From NCBI RefSeq assembly GCF_018977255.1, contig NW_024704742.1:32676001-32740000 (forward strand): 64,000 nucleotides of DNA. The letters run 5' to 3'. The position numbers and the translations under genes are program-made. The stretch comes from Callorhinchus milii (lineage: Eukaryota). Shown here in pieces: positions 50,953 to 64,000 of the stretch (positions are counted from its first letter, which is position 1; each line of letters begins with the position of its first letter). The notes under the pieces were generated by a model. It worked only from the letters and a program-made list of their open reading frames with translations, was not told the DNA's origin and made no database searches.

Positions 50953-53489
50953 CAATATGAGTAGGATCATCCTACTCATTATGGCTTTGGCTCATGACTC
51001 AACAGGAGTTGAGAGGGATGAATTACAGATCCCAGTGATTAGTTGAACCCTCCATGTCCCAGGCTGGCTGGCCAGTCTGTCATCAGCAGCGCTGTGCACT
51101 TACCTGGCTGAGGAACCAGACTCCTTTGATAACCACAGAGGGTTGACTCGATTCTGACGTTCTGTTGCCAAGCACATTACCTTGGAGCCAGCACAGCCCT
51201 GCCACCCACCCCACCCATAGTCATTAAATTTCGCAGAAAATGTGTTAAAGGCTTTGAGACATTATAGGTGCTATGTCAATTGCAAGGATTATTCTAACAT
51301 ATAAGCAATTGAAAGGATCGTTAGATATTGGATATTCTTTCTGCCCATAAGAAAGTAACAATCGGTCAGTCACATATGAGCGGGACAGTAATATTTGAGA
51401 CATGACCCTGTAAACAGCCAGCAATTGCAGACTCACAATCGCTTCCATTTACTCTCAGACAGACGGCCTGGCTTCACTGTCACATTTAACACACCTAATT
51501 ACCGACAAGAGATTCCATCAACTTTAAATAGATGCTGATTCTGCAGATATATTGTACATATATTGTACTCAACAAAATGTACTGATCATATTTTATTGTG
51601 GTGAATGTATTTGCTCAACAAAATCAATGTTGTCAGTCATAGATATTGGAGAATGTTTTCGACTTTTATTGGATGTTGTCAGCATCAATTTGTAAACTGC
51701 AGCTCACTCTATTCTGCTCCAATAAAATGCCTTAATTTCCAATTTGCAAGAGATTTATTGTGAAATGGAATGCTTGGCAAGTGAGGAAGGAGAAGCAAAG
51801 TTCATTATGGATTTCAAGAGGGAAATAGCCAGATATATGAAAGATAAAGGCTTGAGGTAATGGAGATAGGGAGGGACTTGTTCGATAACCCTTTAAGAGG
51901 AAATAGACAATTAACTGGGAAGAGACAGTTAAACATCTAGGATTGATTTGGATTCTGTTTTAGAGAATTTGTTGCACCCAAAGAATTCCACTTTCTAGTC
52001 AATTTTTAAGAACAACAAATCAAGCATTTATCCAGGGAGCTCAATTATCCATTATAATATAGGTAGCCCAGCTACCCTCGTGGATAATCAAAATTGGCAA
52101 ATAATAGATATTCTATGTTCTTGCCGAATAATAAATTGTGGGTGTTCAATTGTTCTTCCTAACAATAATTTTACCCAGTTCCGGTTCAAAGTTATATTAA
52201 TTCCTCAGAAATCTATCTTCCATGGTTTCTGTTAACCTTTTTCTCCCCGTACTCCGAATTCTTGACATTTTTCTATTGATTTATTATGATATTTTGCATG
52301 AAGGTTAAAAATCAGCAACAAAGGTACATTTTGCAGTAAAAAAAACACTTGGTTCACTTCCACAACTCAGCTCTCAGGATTCAGCTGATAATCAGAATAA
52401 TGAAGACCTAGTTCTCAATGTCTACAGTTCTTCTCATGCATAATCTTTAATCAGGTCTGACCCAAAGTTACCAAGGTAGTCTTAACCTATCAGACCGTTT
52501 AGCCTTAAATTTAAGATTGTGCAGAACTCTTATGAATGAAGTCATGATTTACAAAGCAGTTTTCCTGCAGTTATTAAAAACAACCAGCTCCCAAATTAAA
52601 AACTGAAATAAGAATCTCTTAATGCTGCACAATCTTACATTTTAAGACAAAGTAAATATCGAGCCTCACATTGTGTGTGCACAATACACAAAATAAATAA
52701 TTTACAATGCTTCTTATTGTTCAGTTCTGGTTGAGAAACTTTAAATCAGTTTCTTTTCAGTACTTATATATTTCAATTTGTTGCATTTCTATAATTACAT
52801 AATATGAAATTTTAAAAGGATAAACCATGGTTAATTAATATGTAATAATGGTGGATTACATAAAATGAGGCTTGAAAAAGTTCAGATGATCCCAGTCTGT
52901 TTACAGACTGTCCGTGAGCTGCTTGTTATTTCTCCTGTCTCCACTAAGCCTTTATTATGTTTCAACAAACACTTGGAGGAGACTGAAAAAGACTTGACCC
53001 ATGATCAGTCTGATAACAGACCAGTCTGCGCTAAAGTTAGGAACTAGACACATTCCAAGTGGAATCCCTTGGCTTAAGGGTCACACTAGTCAGTCTGCTT
53101 CTCTGTCTGGCTGCTGAAGTGAAGGATATAGAGAGGAGGAGCTGGCTTCCTTATAGTGCCTTACCACATCAAAGAACACTTCACAGGTAATTACTGTCAA
53201 GGGCAGGGGCTGTAATTGTAGGTAAATGTGGAAGCCATGACCAGTTGACTAATAAGAAGGATTGTTGGCCAGGATACCAGGAGAAACCCTTTCTCCTTTT
53301 GATTAGTGCCAGGGGATCTTTATTGTCCAGCTGAACTGACAAACGCGATTTTGGTATAATACTGATCTGAGAAATACCGCAATGCCGCACTACCCTGGAT
53401 GTCAGCTCAAATCCAACTAGAGAGGGATTCAACCCACAACCCAGGTTTATTAAAACTTGAATCGGGTTTAGCTAATCACAAAATGATCT

Positions 53490-54376
53490 TTTGTCCATCT
53501 GCTACGAGGGATCTCTCTGCCTCCTCATCCTCCTTGACCTCTCTGCTGCCTTCGATACAGTTGACCTCTCTTTCCTCCTCCATTGCTCTCCGCTCACCTC
53601 AACCTTCATGGTTCTGTGCTTGAATGGCTCAGATGCTACCTCTCACACCATCTCCACTTCATCTCCACAAATGTTTTTTCCTCTAGCCCCCGCACCGTCT
53701 CGTGCGGCGTTCCTCATGGCTCTGTCCTTGGCCCCCTCCTCTTCAATATCTATATGCTCCCTCTTGATGACATCATCTGCAGACACAAGGGTCAACTTCC
53801 ACATGTATGTGGATGACAACTCTGTCCATCTCCCTCCACCCTCGAATCCAGAACCACTGCTGTCCTGACAGAATGTCTGTTAGACATCAAGTCCTGGATG
53901 AGAGCTAACTTTCTTCAGTTCAACATCAACAAGACCGAGGCCCTCCTGATTGGCTCTAATAGGCACCTCCACACCTCAGGCACTGACAGAATCACCATCC
54001 ATGGATGCACATTCCACCTCACTGAGGCAGTCTGGAATCTTGGCGACTTGTTTGACCCTCAACTATCCTTTCTACCCCACATGCGTGCCATGACCCGCTC
54101 TGCCTTGCCCAACCTCCGCAACATTGCCCGGCTCAGCCACTGTTTCACACAGCAGGTCATCGAGAATTCTGCAGCCCATGTCCTCTCCCGCACCAGGCTC
54201 TGTGACCCCATCATCCCCATCCTCGCTCGATTCCACTGGCTTCCTTTTCTTTTCGACCGCGCCTTTGGTCACCTTCCTCCCCTCCCCTGGTTCGGCCCCG
54301 GGATCCGTCACTGTGAAGCGCTCTGATGTCCTCCCAATGTGAAAGGTGCTATACAAATGTAATTTTGTATTATTAT
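53490..54376 (+). mobile_element. L2-clade LINE fragment
   Basis: LLDLSAAFDTVD, GVPHGSVLGPLLFNIY, MYVDD, NFLQFNINKTE. Confidence 0.9.
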
Positions 54377-54969
54377 ATGAGCACATAAGAAATGCTAGAC
54401 GAATAAAGACCAAGGCCCATCTAATTCACCTTCCACCTTCCTGACGGTCGCATGTACATGTGTCCCGAGCTAGCTATGTACTATATCCCATAATGTTATT
54501 TCCTAAAAGAAAACTATCTAATCTGTTTTTGAAGGAATCAACACTTACTGCTTCAACCGTCTCCCGAGGGAGCCTGTTCCATAGGTTTACTATTCGCTTT
54601 ACTATTCGACTTCCTTTTAACTCCTGGCTCTGCCAGATGAATTCAGGATCCTCGATGTGAACCAGGTAACACTTTTTAATAAATTAATCAGAGTCAAGAA
54701 AACTCTCAATATCCTTATTATGATCTTCCAAGGATAATTCCACTTTTGCCCTCGTCACTGTTGCAACACAATGACTGTATACTGGGACCATATGCAATCA
54801 AGCCCATGGTGATCTTTCCCTTGGAACATGATGTAATGTGGCTTGTCATCTGTGGCATCCAGAGGATGTCTTTCCTTGTTTCCCACATTGAAAAATTTCA
54901 TCTCAGTGGTTGTTTGAAGTAGCTACTGGATTCTTATAGAGATCGAATTACATTGCAGAGATTAATCGA

Positions 54970-55945
54970 CAACACCACTACCACAAATTACACTTGTATA
55001 GCGCCCTTCACATTGGAAAGACATTCCAGGGCGCTGGTCAATCAGGGGTTTTGGACCTGAGCTGGGAGTTGGGGTCAGAAGGGGAGGAGGGCAGGGAGTG
55101 GGGTCGGGAGGTGGCCGAAGGCACAATCCAAGAGGAAGGTCTTCAGATGGGACCTGAAGGAGGCAAGAGAGGGAGTGAGGCAGAGGGTTGCATGATAGAG
55201 TTCCAGAGTGTGGGAGCAGAGATGCTGAATGCCCGACGGCCAATGATGGGGCGGGAAGTGCGGGGACCTGAAGCCGGCCACTGTCTGCTGAACGGAGGGA
55301 GCGAACAGACTGATATGGGCTTACGAGGTTGGAGTGGCAGTTGGGAGCAAGACCATGGAGAGCCTTGAAGTTAAGAACAATAGTTTTCTACTCAATTATC
55401 TGAGGAATAGGGAGCCAGTGAAGCTGGGCAAGAATGGGGCTGATAGCCTGGTGTGGAAAAGTACATGAGTACACGAGCTGCAGAGTTCTGAATAATCTGC
55501 AGCTTGTGGAGGGATGAGTTGGGAAGTCTAGTGAGAATGCAGTTGGCGTAGTCAAGCTGGGATGCAATGAAAGCGTGGATCAGGGTCTCGGCAGCCTGCG
55601 GTTAGAGGCAATGTTGTGGAGGTGTGGAAAGGTGGAACAAATCACGGCATGAATGTAGGGTTTGAAGGATAGTTGAGGCTCGTAAAGAACACAGAGCTTT
55701 TGGATTGGCTCGGTGGGTTGAACAGGCAGCCATGAATGATGATAGTGTCAATGTCTGAGGTGAGCATGTTCTGCCAGGAGCCAAGCAGGAGGGCTTCTGT
55801 CTTACCAACATTGAGCTGGAGGAAGTTGACTCTCATCCAGGACTTGCTGTTAGACTGACAATTAGCCAGGACATCAATAGTCCTGGAGTCGAGTGTGGAG
55901 GCAGCGAGATAGAGTTGGGTGTCATCCACATACATGTGGAAATCT
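54970..55945 (-). mobile_element. L2-clade LINE fragment
   Basis: MYVDDTQLY, NFLQLNVGKTE, HLKTFLLD and a 3' tail. Confidence 0.88.
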
Positions 55946-57707
55946 AATCCTAGATGCAAGGTTGCAAAGAGTTACAAAATATTTGATAAAGTGATCCCTG
56001 ACAAAAAGATTAGGATGTTTCAGCCTTGAAAAAGGATACCTGAAAAGGAATCTTATTGACATATACAATAAATAATAATCCATGCATTTGATATAGTGCT
56101 GTATCATGTAGATGTCTCAAAGCGCTTCACAGAATATATTGTAAAGTGATTTGACTGTATATTTTGTGGGTGAACCTCACAATAATCTTAATGGAATAGA
56201 GAAAGTAAGTAAATAATAATTATCCTGGCATTTGATATAAATGCCTTATATTAGCATATAATATGGGCTGAAAATGGATCAAAATGGATCAGGGAAGGTG
56301 TGGTGTCTATGTATTTGGGCAAATGCAGCAGCTAATTTGTACACAGCAAACATCCCACAAACAGCCATGAAGTAAATGACTAATTATTTGTGCTATTTGG
56401 GGGAGGGGGGGATTGCTGACCAGTGCACAAGGAGAAACTTCTTTCCCTTTTCAGAGAGTATCATGAGAGACCACGGAAATCAAAAAATGGTTTTACTACA
56501 GTATTTTGCAAAGTGTTTTCATGAAATCAGAATTTGGTCGCAAGAGATCACAAGCAGTGTTCAGGTGAAGAAGTCCTATTCACCCATTTGTTTTATTCTT
56601 GAAAGCATGTCTTCATTACCTTGTCCATCATATCAACTAAACTTTGCAAATTTTGCAATCCTAAAAAAAAGTTCACTCCATTCCCATGCCCCACTACCAT
56701 AATTATCCAGGTAAAGAACACACATTAACTCACATGAGTTTCCTCAGTCCACACTCTTCTGTTTACCTAGCAGTATTTAGGAACCTGGTTGTTAGTCAAT
56801 TGGCGGATTACTTTCCTGGGTTAATAATCCCTTAATATAATCCACGATTGTTTTTGTTGGACACTGTATTTGACTGCCCAAAAACTGTGAGTTGTCTCAA
56901 TGACGTGATAAGGCACTATATCAAATGCAAGAAGTATTATCATAATTATTAAAATAAATAAATGACAAACAATTTATCTAATGTAGCGAGTAAGCTAAAA
57001 ACACATGTGATGGCCATTTAGCAAAGGGAGATATTATGTTTCATGCATTGTTTTGAGATGAAGTGTCAGAACAGTGGTTTTCATTCTGAGTCTATGATCT
57101 GACAGTACCAGGCTTGTGGGAGGGGAACACAACAACTGTCAGAAGTCACACTTACTAGGAAGTCAAAATTGCCCTGAGATGGCGCTTTCAGCTTCCCATA
57201 CCATATACTTGACTGATCTCCTCTCAAATGTCAGTCAAATGTTATTTCTGTTTTATCTTTCCTGTGCAGCACTATGAGATGAAGGGCTTACATTGCACAA
57301 TTACTGTATCACTGTTAATAGTTTTCTGATTATTTTTCCTGCAAAGAAAATTGATTTATTTAACCAATTTCCTGCTTTGAAAACTTGAAACTCAACAGTT
57401 TTTCATTAAATAATGTCAAAAGGTCTCATGGAATAAGTCAAAACATTATTGAGGAATCAGACTCACACATACATTTATTTTAACTGTCCAGAACTCTCCA
57501 GTTCATTTATCTTTTTTTGTCAGCCGGGTGTCTGCCACATGTTGAAACCCATCATCATGCTTAAGAGTATCCAAACCAGACTGAGACTTCAACAATATGT
57601 GCAACCTACACATGAAAATTTCCGTGTGTCTGGAATGTGATAGACAGGATAGAGGTAATCAGGATGTCGCCCATGCCCGTATCTGTAAAGCTGGGTCATG
57701 CCTTCAA

Positions 57708-58043
57708 ATATCTCAGTTAGTAGCACTCTTGCCTTTGTCAGTGGATTGTGGATCTAAACCCCAAGGATTTGAGCTCATAATTCAGTTGTATTGTCAGAGA
57801 TGCAGTCCTTCAGATGGGATGTTAAACTGAGGTGCCGCCTATCTGTTCAGATGGACATTAAAGATCCCATGGCACTATTTGAAAAGAGAAAGGAGTTTCT
57901 CTCGGTGTCCTGGCCAACTGCTCTCTCCAGATAATATTTGTCTATAAATAGAGTTGCTGCACTTTACAGAAACTTTGTGGAGCGCTTTGAGCTGTTCTCA
58001 AAGTGATAAGTGCTCTGTCAAATACAAGGATTCTTCTTATTAT
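57708..58043 (+). mobile_element. Deu-domain SINE
   Basis: Contains GATGGGATGTTAAACTGAGG...ATTAAAGATCCCATGGCACTATTT...GGTGTCCTGGCCAAC. Confidence 0.75.
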
Positions 58044-58749
58044 GTTTTAATATGAAGCTGTGTGGGAGTACGAGTTAATGGCGGATGAGAACAATGCTGC
58101 AGAGATGGTGGAAAGCCCAGAGAAAAGGATAAAATGAAAATTAAGGGTCAAGCAAAATGCTGAGATTCTGCACAGGCTCCACATGAGTTCCACATGCTAT
58201 TCCCCCTTTTTGTTCTGGATGCATTCAATCTGGACATGACATTTTATAAACTTTCAGTTGCTCTAATTTCCTAATAATAACTTCTTTACTGACCCTCACT
58301 GTTGCTCTCCACTCTAAACCTGGTAACAGGATTTCAGAATACTCACGTCTGCTGTGAATCCAGATGAAAATGACTTTCATTGATTTAGTAGGCACACGTT
58401 TCAGATTCCAGTCTATTTTAAAAAGAGCCCTCACCATGTCTGTAAACAAAGCTGGCTACAGAAATGATGAATGACTTGGACAAGCAGGAGAGTTTATAAC
58501 ATAGCTGAAGTGGGTGCGACTCAAACAGTTGTGCACTGCTGTTGAGGTATTTGTCACTGACGTACGTAAAATGAGGAGCAGGTTCTATGGTAAATGTTCA
58601 TTCCAAGGATCGCATCTTGCATGGGGGTTTCAAAACATCTGGATTGTCTGGTCTCAGTGCTATTACTATTTCAGCCCATCAGGTACACACTTGGCTGACA
58701 AGGCCATGTGTATTTTATTCTTGTTGCAAAATCATTGATAATTTTAGAA

Positions 58750-59280
58750 GCACGTTATAGAAGGGATGTAGAGGCACTGGAGAGGGGGCAAAGGAGATTC
58801 ACAAGGATGATCCCAGAACTGAGAGGTTATACCTATCAGGAAAGGCTAAAAAAGTTTGGACTCTTTTCTCTTGAAAAGAGAAGGGTACGGGTGACCTGAT
58901 AGAGGTCTTTAAAATGATGAAAGGTTTTGATAGGATAGACATAAGGAATATGTTTCCACTTGTGGGGGAGATCAAAACTAGGGGCCATCGACATAAAATA
59001 GTCACCAATAAATCAAATAGGGAATTTAGAAGAAATTTATTTGCACAAAGAGTAGTGGGAATGTGGAACATGCTACCCACAAGGAGTTGTTGAGGCAAAT
59101 AACATAGATGTATTTAAGAAAGCTAGATAGGTACATGAGGGAGAAAGGAATAGAAGGTTATGCTTGAAGGCTTAGTTGAGGAAGGCAGGAGGAGACTCAT
59201 GTGGACACCGGCGAAGACCAGTTGGGCCGAATGGCCTGTTTCTGTGCTGGATATTCTAACATATTCTAATGTAGTCTAAT
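58750..59280 (+). mobile_element. CR1-clade LINE 3' fragment
   Basis: DVEALERGQRRFTRMIPEL..GLFSLEKRR; GGGCCGAATGGCCTG 3' UTR. Confidence 0.88.
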
Positions 59281-61257
59281 GTAATTTTTTATTTATGTAG
59301 CCTTTAACTGAATGTGTTCCACTGGTGACATCACCCTGTTCCTAGAACCAAATTAAAACAAAATTATAATAAACTAACAAAAACACTTTTTTTATTGAAA
59401 TTTAAATATTTTGAGCCAACAGCTTCTAAAATGACATTCCTTGAAGTTTTTTTAATTCGGTAAACTGTACTCTCGCAATGATATGAAAGATTGCCTTCTG
59501 TATACCCAAATAATAAGAGTCATCCTTGCATTTGATATAGCACCTTATAATGTCATTGGGACATCTCAAAGCGCTTCACAGGATATACTGTAAAGTGGAT
59601 TGCCAGTGTATTTTGTGGGCGAACACGGCAGCCAATTGCGCACAAATGTGGTGTCCCCCAAATAGTCATTTACCATGTTTCCAAAACACCCATCAGTCAC
59701 CTATATAGCTTAGCCTCTTTGTATTATGAAATTATTTCTGAAGTATGTTACCAAATCTATTCAGCGCCTTGGGATGTCCTCGCGATATGAAAGGCGCTAT
59801 ATAAATGCAATTTGTTTTTGTTGACCATCATTGAAAATGATGCAGCCAGAAATTCCAAGAAGGAATCAGATAGCTACTTGGCAAAGAAAATCAATTGAGA
59901 GTTATTAGGGATAGATTGGCATAGGATTTCTTTTGTTAAAGAAAGATTTTGCTTTGGGTTCAGCCAGATGGACTCCATTGGTCTTTCCGGTCCTGTGCAT
60001 TCCTGTGTTCCTATGTAAGTGTTGCACTGAGATTAAAGACTGACCATGAGTGTGTTATATTGTCTGGTGCTGGAGGCCTTCAAACACTAGGATGACCAAT
60101 TGTAGGTCAAAGACTGAGGTCGTCATTGTTTTTAATTATAACTCTGAGCTAAATGGTTTCAAGAACTGGAAATGTTTTCATGTGGTTTGCAGCTGTGCTC
60201 TGTGACATCAGCGGGCAATGCTCTCTGTTACACTCCCCACTGATGTCACTTATTCTTGTCCTCTTCCAGCCTCCAGCCTGCTCTCCTTCTCCTTCACAAT
60301 GCTTCTTTGTCAGTGCGTTAATATTTTGGCTTAACAAGTATAATGATGATTCCCCCCCCCCCATGCATGCAGGAGAGAGTTTGGTTCCTTGGGCATATAT
60401 GTAAAATATACCAACATTTGGAAGATGGTATTTTTGCTCTTGTTAATAATGTGCTCTGAAAGTGAGGATTATTTTCAATATTTTAATATGTTTGTGTATA
60501 TTTAGGTATATTTGGTATACGTAGGTCGGCGTATATTTAAATACTATTTTGTTTTGCTTATTTCACTATTGGTAAATAAATTACAATATTTATTTTAAAA
60601 TACTTATTTAAAACTCTGAAACACTCTTCCTCTATCCCTCCGCCTAGACTCTTTTTCCCTATCTTCAGGTTGTGCCTGAAGACCTTCCTCTTCGATGGTG
60701 CCTAGAGTCACCTTCCCTCTCCCCCGGCTCGGCGTCATGCTCCGTCACTGTCAAGCACTCTGGGATTCTACTCTGTGTGAGGGGTGCTATATAAATGCAA
60801 GTTGCTGTTTTTGTTGCTGTTAAGATCCTCAGGATGCTTTTCCCTCATATGTTTATGTCTTGTGTTCTTCACTCTTCTTTGTTTCCTCAAATCTGACTTC
60901 AATTTCCAACCTAGAAAGTGGGAATCCTGCATTTATTCTGTGGTCTTTGTCAATGATGCTTCAGAATCAGCGACTAAATGGGGAGGGAGAGTGGTTGCCC
61001 AAGATCCTTTCCTCCTGCTATCTGTGATGAACCCACCTCTATTCATGACAAAGAGCTGAGATCAGGAACTTAAATTGTGGAGATAATGAATGACAACGTG
61101 TGCCCACTAGTTCATGTCATAGACTATTGGAGGAGGTGACTGAACATGCCGTTAAATACCTCATTTCTATATTAGGAGTTTACTGCTGATAAACAATAAT
61201 AATCTTTGAATTTAATGAAGCATCATTCACTTCAGGAGCATGTCTCAAAGCGCTTTG

Positions 61258-61655
61258 AGTTCAAGATCCTCGTCCTTACCTTTAAGGCCATCCATGGCCT
61301 TGCCGCCTCCTACCTCTCTGACCTGCTGACTCCCTACCAACCTGTCCGCTCCCTCCGTTCATCAGGCTCCGGCCTGCTCCATGTTTCCGGCCCTATCTGT
61401 CCTACTATTGGCGGCCGGGCTTTCAGCCTCTCTGCCCCCACACTCTGGAACTCCTCCCTTGCCGCCTTCAAGGCCGGTCTCAAGACCCATCTCTTCGATC
61501 GTGCCTTTGGTCTCCCTCCCATCTCTTGCCTTCCCTCACCCCTACACCTCCCCTCCCCCATGCTCGGGCCCTAACACCTGACTGTTCAGCAGTTTGGGTT
61601 GTCCTCCCGATGCGAAAGGCGCTCTATAAATGTAATTTTGTTGTTGTTGTTGTTG
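61258..61655 (+). mobile_element. L2-clade LINE 3' fragment
   Basis: FKILVLTFKAIHGLAASYLSDLL..APTLWNS. Confidence 0.88.
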
Positions 61656-62769
61656 CAGTTCATAGGATATACTGGAAAGTGCAATGATTGCATATTTTGT
61701 AGGTGAACGTAACAGCCAATTTGAACACAGCAGTGTTCCACAAGCAACCATGAAGGAATAATCAGGAGGATCAGCAGGAGGACTCTGGCAATATGTCATC
61801 TAGTGTGAATGGGGATTGGTACAAAAATATATAAACATACAAAAATAAAAATACAGTAACAAAGGCATATCTGTAAAGAATGACCACTTCCTGTCTGTGA
61901 AGCAGCCAAATGGCCTCTTGACTCAGATCGTATTCAAAGATTCTGTGAATCCAGCAGCAGAGTGAGATTCTGGGTAGTCAACCAAACAACAAGAAAGGAA
62001 AATTTTCAGACGACATTTTGTTTTGTAATATGATCCAAAGGATGGCATCTCTGACAATGCAGCACTCCCTCAACATTATATTGGAGTGTTAATGTCCTCC
62101 TCCTCATGGCCATGCCCAGCAATGGTTTTAAACTCATCTGAAAAATTCTACGTTCTTCACTAAAAGTCACTGAAAGAATCAGAAACATATGACTTAGAAT
62201 TATCTGGAGACTTGCTTTCACAAGGTAAGGAAGATGCTCAATTATGTTTTTTTCAAACCTTTGTGGAATAAAAGGTGAAAGTTGATCATTGTATATGCTT
62301 TTTAGTGCAATACCAGCACAATATCATATTAACCTTCAATGCGGTAGATATTTTTATATGGTGAATGACATGATATGATGTTGCAAAACAACTTATCAGA
62401 ATCTGATATGTTGCTTCTCTCGTGTGGCCATTTTTCTTTCTGCAACAGTCAATACTAATGCCACAGCCCTAGAGTTTGTCATTGCTTAAATGACTTTTAA
62501 TAGAAAGCAACTGTTTGCAACCATTGCTTTCTTCAGTTTCAATTTATGGTTCCCCCGATCATTTAATTTTGAAAAAATAAGTCTAACTATCTGGATGCCT
62601 ACCTGATGGAGGGTATTGGTACCTTGATTCTTTGATTCCCTCTACTTTTAATGAATCGTTTCACTAATTATGAAACTTGCACTGACTGAAGGGTGGGTAT
62701 AACATCACTTTACTAGGACTAAACCACTTTATGATAGTCACTGCTGGCGGCACATATTTTATAAACACA

Positions 62770-63435
62770 CTCCACCTTGCTAAGCCAGTCCGGAGCCTTG
62801 GCGTCTTGTTTGACGCTCAACTATCCTTTCTACCCCACATCTGCGCCATGACCCGCTCTGCCTTCCCCCACCTCCGCAACGTTGCCCGGCTCCGCCACTG
62901 TCTCACACCGCAGGCCGCTGAAACCCACATACACGCCTTCATTACATCAAGGCTCAACTATGCAAATTTACTGCTTGTCGGCCTCCCCAACTCCTCCCTC
63001 CACAGGCTGCAGATCATCCAGAACTCTGCAGCCCATGTCCTCTCCCGCACCAAATTCCGTGACCCTATCACCCCCCATCCTCGCCTGACTCCACTGGCTT
63101 CTTATCACACAGAGAATACAGTTCAAGATCCTGGTCTTCATCTTCAAAGCCCTCCACGGTCTTGCTCCCTCCTACCTCTCCGACCTCCGAAACCCCTACC
63201 AACCTGTTCACTCCCTCCACTCAGCGGGCTCCGGCCTGCTTCACGTCCCCCGTCTTGCTCACCCCACTTTCGGCGGGTGGGCCTTCTGCCATTCTGCCCC
63301 CACCCTCTGGAACTCCATCCCGCAGTCCCTCCTTCTCGCCCCCTCCCTCGCCACTTTCAAGACCCACCTCAAGACCCTCCTCTTCGATCGTGCTTTCGAT
63401 CTCCCTGCTTCCCCCCTGCCCTCCACCCTCCCCCG
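62770..63435 (+). mobile_element. L2-clade LINE 3' fragment
   Basis: LGVLFDAQLSF...HAFITSRLNYAN...LQIIQNSAAHVL. Confidence 0.9.
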
Positions 63436-64000
63436 TAAGCGTTTGGCAGAATGTACTCTAAAGCAAATTGAGTGTATATATATTTTGTGGGCGAAATATA
63501 TACATTCATGAAACAAGTCCAGGCTAACTTGTGTATTGAATCTCTTTCTCTCCTGGAGAGGATCAAACTATAGATTTGAAGTATCTGGGCTAATCAAATC
63601 TTATTTGCTATCAAATGGACCAGAGAATTTAGCTGATTTCTGTATTATGGATTTTTGATTCAAGGCTAAATCAATGATTTATCTCTCCAATGATTTCCAC
63701 TGACTAATGTAAACACCCTTTAGACAGAAACTGTGGATTTTCACTGTAGCGTTAACTCTCCTGCATGAGTGTATGTGTGATCTACCCCATTTGAATAGTC
63801 TACGTTTTGTAATGTGTTTCTTCAAAAATGAAAAAAAAAGCATTGCAGTATTATAATACTACCTTAATTCTTAACTTTTCCTTCGTTTCTTATGTTTTTT
63901 TCTTGCGAGAACATGCAAGTCTGTTATCAAGAATTAATTGCAGTCACAGCACATTTCTGACTGATGTGGGGGGAAGGAGGAGAAAGATGTAGCTCTGGTG

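Noticed and set aside
58594..58682. Short hydrophobic reading frame (MFIPRIASCMGVSKHLDCLVSVLLLFQPI) ending at AG|GTACAC
   Set aside because: Weak donor, no identifiable downstream exon and no homology.
1..64000. CRISPR array, rRNA or prokaryotic operon
   Set aside because: No regularly spaced repeat-spacer structure or bacterial-type genes; the sequence is intron-containing vertebrate DNA.

Overview
Repeat-rich vertebrate genomic DNA. The SINE/LINE content (Deu-domain SINEs, L2, CR1, a Penelope-like relic) suggests a cartilaginous fish, possibly a chimaera; this is inference. The only gene I can support is the 5' part of PPM1K (mitochondrial PP2C, the branched-chain keto-acid dehydrogenase phosphatase) on the minus strand. 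It has coding exons at 5931-5492 and 3694-3594, a likely non-coding exon 1 in a CpG island at about 14.3-15.0 kb, and continues off the left edge. The remaining ~45 kb upstream has no recognisable coding exon and consists mostly of decayed L2 and CR1 LINEs, two tRNA-derived SINE families, MITE-like DNA elements and satellites. I found no convincing new multi-gene system. The most interesting signals are: a thrice-repeated TGATTGACAG-N9-CCAAT promoter module; a ~1.15 kb G-rich minisatellite inside one copy of a local duplication; an unclassified interspersed repeat with 7 copies; a Penelope-like relic with a decayed hammerhead core; and candidate alternative upstream exons. Repeat boundaries were placed by eye and are approximate.
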